A stretch of 54,520 bases of DNA, taken from the NCBI RefSeq assembly GCF_001194135.2, contig NC_068991.1, forward strand, positions 10,469,372-10,523,891, written 5' to 3'. Source of the DNA: Octopus bimaculoides (lineage: Eukaryota). Below, piece by piece: positions 49,328 to 54,520 of this stretch (position 1 is the first letter of the stretch; each line of letters opens with the position of its first letter). The notes below the pieces were generated by a model. It worked only from the letters and a program-made list of their open reading frames with translations, ran no database searches and was not told the DNA's origin. The translations under genes and the position numbers were made by a program.

Positions 49328-49530
49328 TGTGTTTGTCCTCCCAACATCGCTTGACAACCGATGGTGGTGTGTTTACGTCCCCATAACTTAGCGGTTCGGC
49401 AAAAGAGACCAATAGAATAAGTGCTAGGCTTACAAAGAATAGGTCCTGGGGTTGATTTGCTCGACTAAAGGTGGTGCTCCAGCATGGCCGCAATCAAATG
49501 ACTGAAACAAATAAGAGAGTAAGAGAGTAT
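49115..49530 (+). mobile_element. SINE family A1, full length, young
   Basis: gagtggctgtgtggtaag (A box), gggttcagtccc (B box), gcaccttgggcaagtg CORE-like block, long internal (TG)n, tail ...ctgaaacaaataagagagtaagagag. Confidence 0.9.
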
Positions 49531-50914
49531 ACCATGTTTTGTATTTGTTCATTGTGCATCTTGGACTACATCATCCAATGTGTGTGTTTCCATTTTTCTC
49601 ACAAAAGTCGTGTATGATTTAAAGGAGATTTGGCTGCTATTTCTTGTGGCTTGCATGCTTGCATAGAAGCTCCTTTTGAACTCAATAATAGAATTCTGGG
49701 GATAGAATACACAGCAGAGAAAGATAACACAGATAAGAAGTACCAGACAGAATATAGCAGGGGAGGTGAGTGTGGTGTGAAAGCAGATACCCATGGACGC
49801 CTGCTGCATCAATAATAATTAGTAAAGTGTAGTGTGCACTAACATAATGCAGTGAGCCAAAAGATTTTAATTAATTTTTTTTAAAAATTACACCCGGAGT
49901 GAGAAGATCCAATTATCTTAATGACTGATTCTGGTCAAATGATTGATTCTGATTATTATGAGTGTAAGTTTTAATTAATTAAATTTTCTCAGTTCATTAC
50001 ATTAACTATGCCCAGTGTCCACTTTTACTGTATGTATAATAATAGCTTCCTAATTGAGTATAAAGCTTGTGTGGTGGTGGTGGTNNNNNNNNNNNNNNNN
50101 NNNNNNNNNNNNNNNNNNNNNNNNNNNNNNNNNNNNNNNNNNNNNNNNNNNNNNNNNNNNNNNNNNNNNNNNNNNNNNNNNNNNNNNNNNNNNNNNNNNN
50201 NNNNNNNNNNNNNNNNNNNNNNNNNNNNNNNNNNNNNNNNNNNNNNNNNNNNNNNNNNNNNNNNNNNNNNNNNNNNNNNNNNNNNNNNNNNNNNNNNNNN
50301 NNNNNNNNNNNNNNNNNNNNNNNNNNNNNNNNNNNNNNNNNNNNNNNNNNGAATAATGTTATCAACATACATCACACTCTCTTAGCGACTACCCAACCTG
50401 TCTGTATGTCTGTCTGCCTGTGTATCCGTCTGTGTGTCTGTCTGTCTGTCTCTTTAGGTGCCATTAGTATCTTTCTCTTACTATACCCTGCTGTTACTAC
50501 ACCTTCAAGCTTTCACTGTCTCTTTCACTTCTTCTTCTTCCTCTCCTACGCTGTCCCCCCCCCCAGTTCTTCCCCCATTTTCTCTGCTGTTTTCCTCATT
50601 ATCCTCTTGCTTCTTCAACCCCCCTCCCCCCACCACCATCACTACCAGTTCATATATTGCATTCATCTTCTCTCCTCTCTGCACTATGCTGGTTATATTT
50701 CCTTGAATGAAAGGAGTCGCTGTAGGAATACTGAAGACCCCTTTGTTTTGCTGGAGTACTCGGCAACCTCACTAGTGCTGATGCCATCTTAAAAATGCAC
50801 GCAGTACACTCTGAAAAGGGGTTATTAAGCTTTAAGTATTTCTTCTGTTGAGGACAGGGTTTTAAAATTTGAAACACTATCAACAAATTAAGGCAGAGGG
50901 TAAGTCGATGACAT

Positions 50915-51103
50915 TGATTTCCAATTTTGGCACAAGGCCAGCAGTTTTGGGGGAGGAGTATGTCGATTGCATCGGCCCCCAATGTTCATCTAGTGCTTAT
51001 TTTATTGACCCCAAAAGCAATGTTGACCTCAGCGGAATTTGAACTCAGAACCTAAAGACGGATGAAGTATCACTAAGCATTTTGTCCGGCGTGCTAACAA
51101 ATT
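50915..51103 (-). mobile_element. SINE family C
   Basis: ttttggcacaaggccagcag...ttattttattgacccc...ggaatttgaactcagaac...cgtgctaac. Confidence 0.8.
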
Positions 51104-51266
51104 GTTTGATTTAACTCTTCAAGGCAGAACTCCAGCATGGCCACAGACCAGTGACTGAAACAAAAGATAAAAGATGTGAGAGACTACTGTTGAATCCACA
51201 AGTCGATGTTGATGGGATGGAGGTAGAAGAAACACTCTCGTATCTTAACCTCGTGTTATTTTAATT

Positions 51267-51427
51267 AGTGGCTGTGTGGTGAGTAGCTTGCCTACCAATC
51301 ACATGGTTCCAGGATCAGTCCCGCTGCATGGCACCTTGGGCAAGTGTCTTCTACTATAGCCTCAGGTTGACCAAAGCCTAGTGAGTGGATTTGGTAAACA
51401 GAAACTGAAAGAAGCCCATTGTATATA

Positions 51428-51479
<52 letters not shown>

Positions 51480-51667
51480 TCCCCCCCCCATCATCGCTTG
51501 ACAATCAATGCTGGTGTGTTTACATACCCGTAACTTAGCGGGTCGGCAAAAGAGACTGATAGAATAAGTACTAGGCTTACAAAGAATAAGTCCTGGGGTC
51601 GATTTGTTCACCGAAAGGCAGTGCTTCAGCATGGCCACAGTCAAGTGACTGAAACAAGTAAAAGAAT
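51267..51667 (+). mobile_element. SINE family A1, full length
   Basis: Same architecture as 49115-49530. Confidence 0.9.
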
Positions 51668-51679
51668 ATAATATTTATT

Positions 51680-51956
51680 CCCAGTGCCCCTGGACTGGCT
51701 CTTGTGCGGGTGGCACATAAAAGACACCATTTTGAGCGTGGCCGTTGCCAGTACCGCCTGACTGGCCTTCGTGCGGGTGACACGAAAGAGCACCCACTAC
51801 ACTCTCTGAGTGGTTGACGTTAGGAAGGGCATCCAGCCGTAGAAACTCTGCCAGATCAGATTGGAGCCTGGTGTAGCCATTCGGTTTCACCAGTCCTCAG
51901 TCAAATCGTCCAACCCATGCTAGCATGGAAAGCGGACGTTAAACGATGATGATGAT
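51680..51956 (+). mobile_element. Family B retroposon, young long form
   Basis: ccagtgcccctggactggc...ggacgttaaacgatgatgatgat. Confidence 0.9.
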
Positions 51957-52506
51957 AAAAATCTTTGTAACCAAGGAGATGAGCAGGTGAAGCTGCTGTG
52001 TTGCTCTGCTGCTCCTTTATTCCTTCTCGCACACTGGATTGAGCAAGAGTTTATCTTGAAGTCAGGTCAGAGTGTTTGAAGCTCAAAAGATAAGGCTTAA
52101 CTTATATGGAACTCCACTAAAATATGTATGATGAGAATAAGATGCATTCTTTCTTTTCTGAGGCAAAAATATTCTGCTTTTTTCAATTTATAGCTTGTAC
52201 AACACCAAACACATCTCTGAAGTTGTTTATATATACCATTATTACTTTTAACCTTTTGAAGATGCGTATGGCGATAGATCAGCCTTCTGCCATTTCTCTG
52301 CTGGAAAGAAGACTGGGTTGATTGATCTCTTCAAGAATACACACACACACACACACACACGTAGATATGCAACTGGTATGATAACATGCACCTAATACAT
52401 GTGTATATATACATAGAGAGATATATATATATATAATGTGCGTGTGTGTATTCTTGAGGAGCTAAATCAGTGCATATAGATACACACATGTTTGTGTGCA
52501 TGAGTA

Positions 52507-52539
<33 letters not shown>

Positions 52540-53515
52540 ATATATATATATCATTAATGTCCATGTTCCATGCTGGCTTGAGTTGAACTCATACATACAC
52601 ACACACATACATACATACAGTCATACATACATACATACACACATGCATACATACATACATACATTCATACATACATACATATATACATACATACATACAT
52701 ACATACAGACATAAATACACACATGCATAGAGTGTGGATTGGAAATTTCGGTGCCTTACAGAGAGGCATTGATTAGACCTTCCACTTCCCACAATAAATC
52801 CTTATTCAACTAACGTATGTGTGTGTGTGTGTGTGTGTGAAAACAGAGAGAGAGAGAGGGAGAGGGAGAGAGATTTGTGCCTTATTTTTTTGTCTGTCAA
52901 GTTTCAGATATTTATATTACAAAATTTTTAATAATACCATCTTTATACCTTCTTGTTTTTTTTTTTTTAAATCTCATAAAAATGGTTCTGTTTTGTTCCA
53001 TGAGGAGACATGGATAGAATTCATTCTGTTTGTAAGACCTAGCATCCCAATATCTCGATTGCCAGTTCATTCTCTGCCTTTCTTAATCTACCCCTATTTC
53101 CCCTACTACATCTGTATTATTGCGCCGCCAACATATGCTACTTCCACACTCTTTCTCTGCTACATCTATGTTCCCCCATATAACCATATGGTACTTAATC
53201 ATTACCCAACATATGGTGGTTTGTTTCTGTAAATACAATGCAAAAAGAGACATTGAAAAACAGTCTGTTATATGTATTGTGAAAGCATTAAAAAGATAAA
53301 TTGTGGAATCAAGATATATTTTTAAACATGTTTACAAAGGAAACTTACCTGTATTGATCCTAAATAAACTCTAATGTTGGGAGACGAAACGGTTGTGAAT
53401 AAGAAATGAAGGAGAAATAGTTTAGAGAACACCTTTTGATCAGAGATCTGTTAGATCAGGTTATGGTTGGAACACCTTTAGTTAGGTTTAACCTAGTGAT
53501 ATCAGGTGTGATGGT

Positions 53516-53900
53516 GGAGGCGCAATGGCCCAGTGGTTAGGGAAGCGGACTCGCGGTCATAGGATCGCGGTTTCGATTCCCAGACCGGGAATTGTGAGTG
53601 TTTATTGAGCGAAAACACCTAAAAGCTCCACGAGGCTCCAGCAGGGGATGGTGGCGAACCCTGCTGTACTCTTTCACCACAACTTTCTCTCACTCTTACT
53701 TCCTGTTTCTGTTGTGCCTGTAATTCAAAGGGCCAGCTTTGCCACACTGTGTCACGCTGAATGTCCCCGAGAACTACGTTAAGGGTACATGTGTCTGTGG
53801 AGTGCTCAGCCACTTGCACGTTAATTTCACGAGCAGGCTGTTCCGTTGATCGGATCAACTGGAACCCTCGACGTCGTAAACGACGGAGTGCCAACAACAT
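53516..53900 (+). mobile_element. tRNA-derived SINE family D (single copy in window)
   Basis: A box tggcccagtgg, B box ggtttcgattcc, ~300-bp body, 3' hairpin cgtcgt-aa-acgacg, ends ccaacaac. Confidence 0.8.
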
Positions 53901-53924
53901 CATGTGTGATACGAGCTGATGAGA

Positions 53925-54125
53925 GAACATCTATGTGGCTTTTTTGACATGCTAGAAATAGCGATTGAATCTCACTGAAATCTTAAAAAGAAAAAGATTG
54001 AAAAGCAAAGCATGCTTGGTGAACGTTGTCCCTAATATACAAGAAGATGGAATGGTCGAGTTTGGAACTCTTTTAAATGATCATAAGTTTATGATTCAGA
54101 GCTGACCTTTAACTAAGCAACAACA
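53925..54125 (+). mobile_element. Family E repeat with (CAA)n-like tail
   Basis: gctagaaatagcga...gatggaatggtc...actaagcaacaacaatc. Confidence 0.65.
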
Positions 54126-54312
54126 ATCAAACCTGTAAAGGAATCTGTATGTAGTTATTTTACCTGCTCAGATTGAAACTAGCCCCTTTTTTTTTTCACC
54201 CTTTAGCATTTAAACCGGCCCAAATATTCTCCCTGTTTCATGTTGAAATCAACCAGATCTGACCTCTCACACCTACCCTACCATGTCACTCCAAAAATAA
54301 ACAATCACATCA

Positions 54313-54479
54313 TAGGTGTAGGAGTGGCTGTGTGGTAAGTAGCTTGCTGACGAACCACATGGTTCCGGGTTCAGTCCCACTGCATGGTGTCTTGGGCAAG
54401 TGTCTTCTACTATAGCCTCGGGCCGACCAAAGCCTTGTGAGTGGATTTGGTTGACGGAAACTGAAAGAAGCCTGTCGTG

Positions 54480-54520
<41 letters not shown>
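54313..54520 (+). mobile_element. SINE family A head + (TG)n, truncated by window end; interrupts a piggyBac-type MITE
   Basis: aggtgtaggagtggctgtgtggtaagtagc...gaaagaagcctgtcgtgtatatatgtgtg. Confidence 0.9.

Noticed and set aside
46549-51890. Apparently conserved 71-aa ORF pair (46549-46764 + and 51675-51890 -)
   Set aside because: Antisense readings of two young copies of the same family B repeat; the similarity is repeat identity, not coding constraint.
52741-52783. Minus-strand ctaatca-a-tgcct(loop)aggca-cc-GAAA between microsatellites
   Set aside because: Two mismatches in CUGANGA and no clear stem I or III; worth including in an HHR scan but not callable.
53350-53448. Minus-strand donor CAG|gtaagt with possible 11-, 22- or 99-nt exons
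   Set aside because: Acceptor ambiguous among three AGs; nothing favours a coding reading.

Overview
Repeat-dense, AT-rich eukaryotic draft scaffold with 9 large N gaps and 3 ten-N gaps. The SINE repertoire and extreme microsatellite load point to an octopod cephalopod (Octopus-like); this comes from recognising the repeats, not from a database hit. No intact protein-coding gene can be called. Most ORFs in the supplied track are artefacts of microsatellites, N runs or repeats. What can be supported: (1) dozens of copies of several modular tRNA-derived SINE families, labelled A, B, C, D and E here; (2) decayed autonomous-TE fragments with recognisable protein motifs: an R4/Dong-like endonuclease tail sitting in (TAA)n, two RTE-type LINE 3' ends, an RTE-like 5' UTR, two CR1/Jockey-group RT tails, three Tc1/mariner transposase remnants (one with both TIRs), and mariner- and piggyBac-type MITEs; (3) a tRNA-like pseudogene; (4) a few short candidate exons with good splice sites and no recognisable homology. 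Most notable: three minus-strand type I hammerhead-ribozyme-like motifs (14078-14151, 14417-14464, 44197-44230). Two lie in ~190-bp microsatellite-flanked units resembling Penelope pseudo-LTRs or retrozymes, and all three carry catalytic-core lesions, two of them at the same CpG. There is also a 168-bp foldback element enclosing head-to-head telomere-like (TTAGGG)n/(CCCTAA)n repeats (1475-1642), repeated use of SINE-borne microsatellites as landing pads by other TEs, and a CpG-rich to CpG-poor transition near 7 kb. Repeat boundaries are by eye (about +/-10-20 bp) unless a splice site, TIR or stem is quoted.
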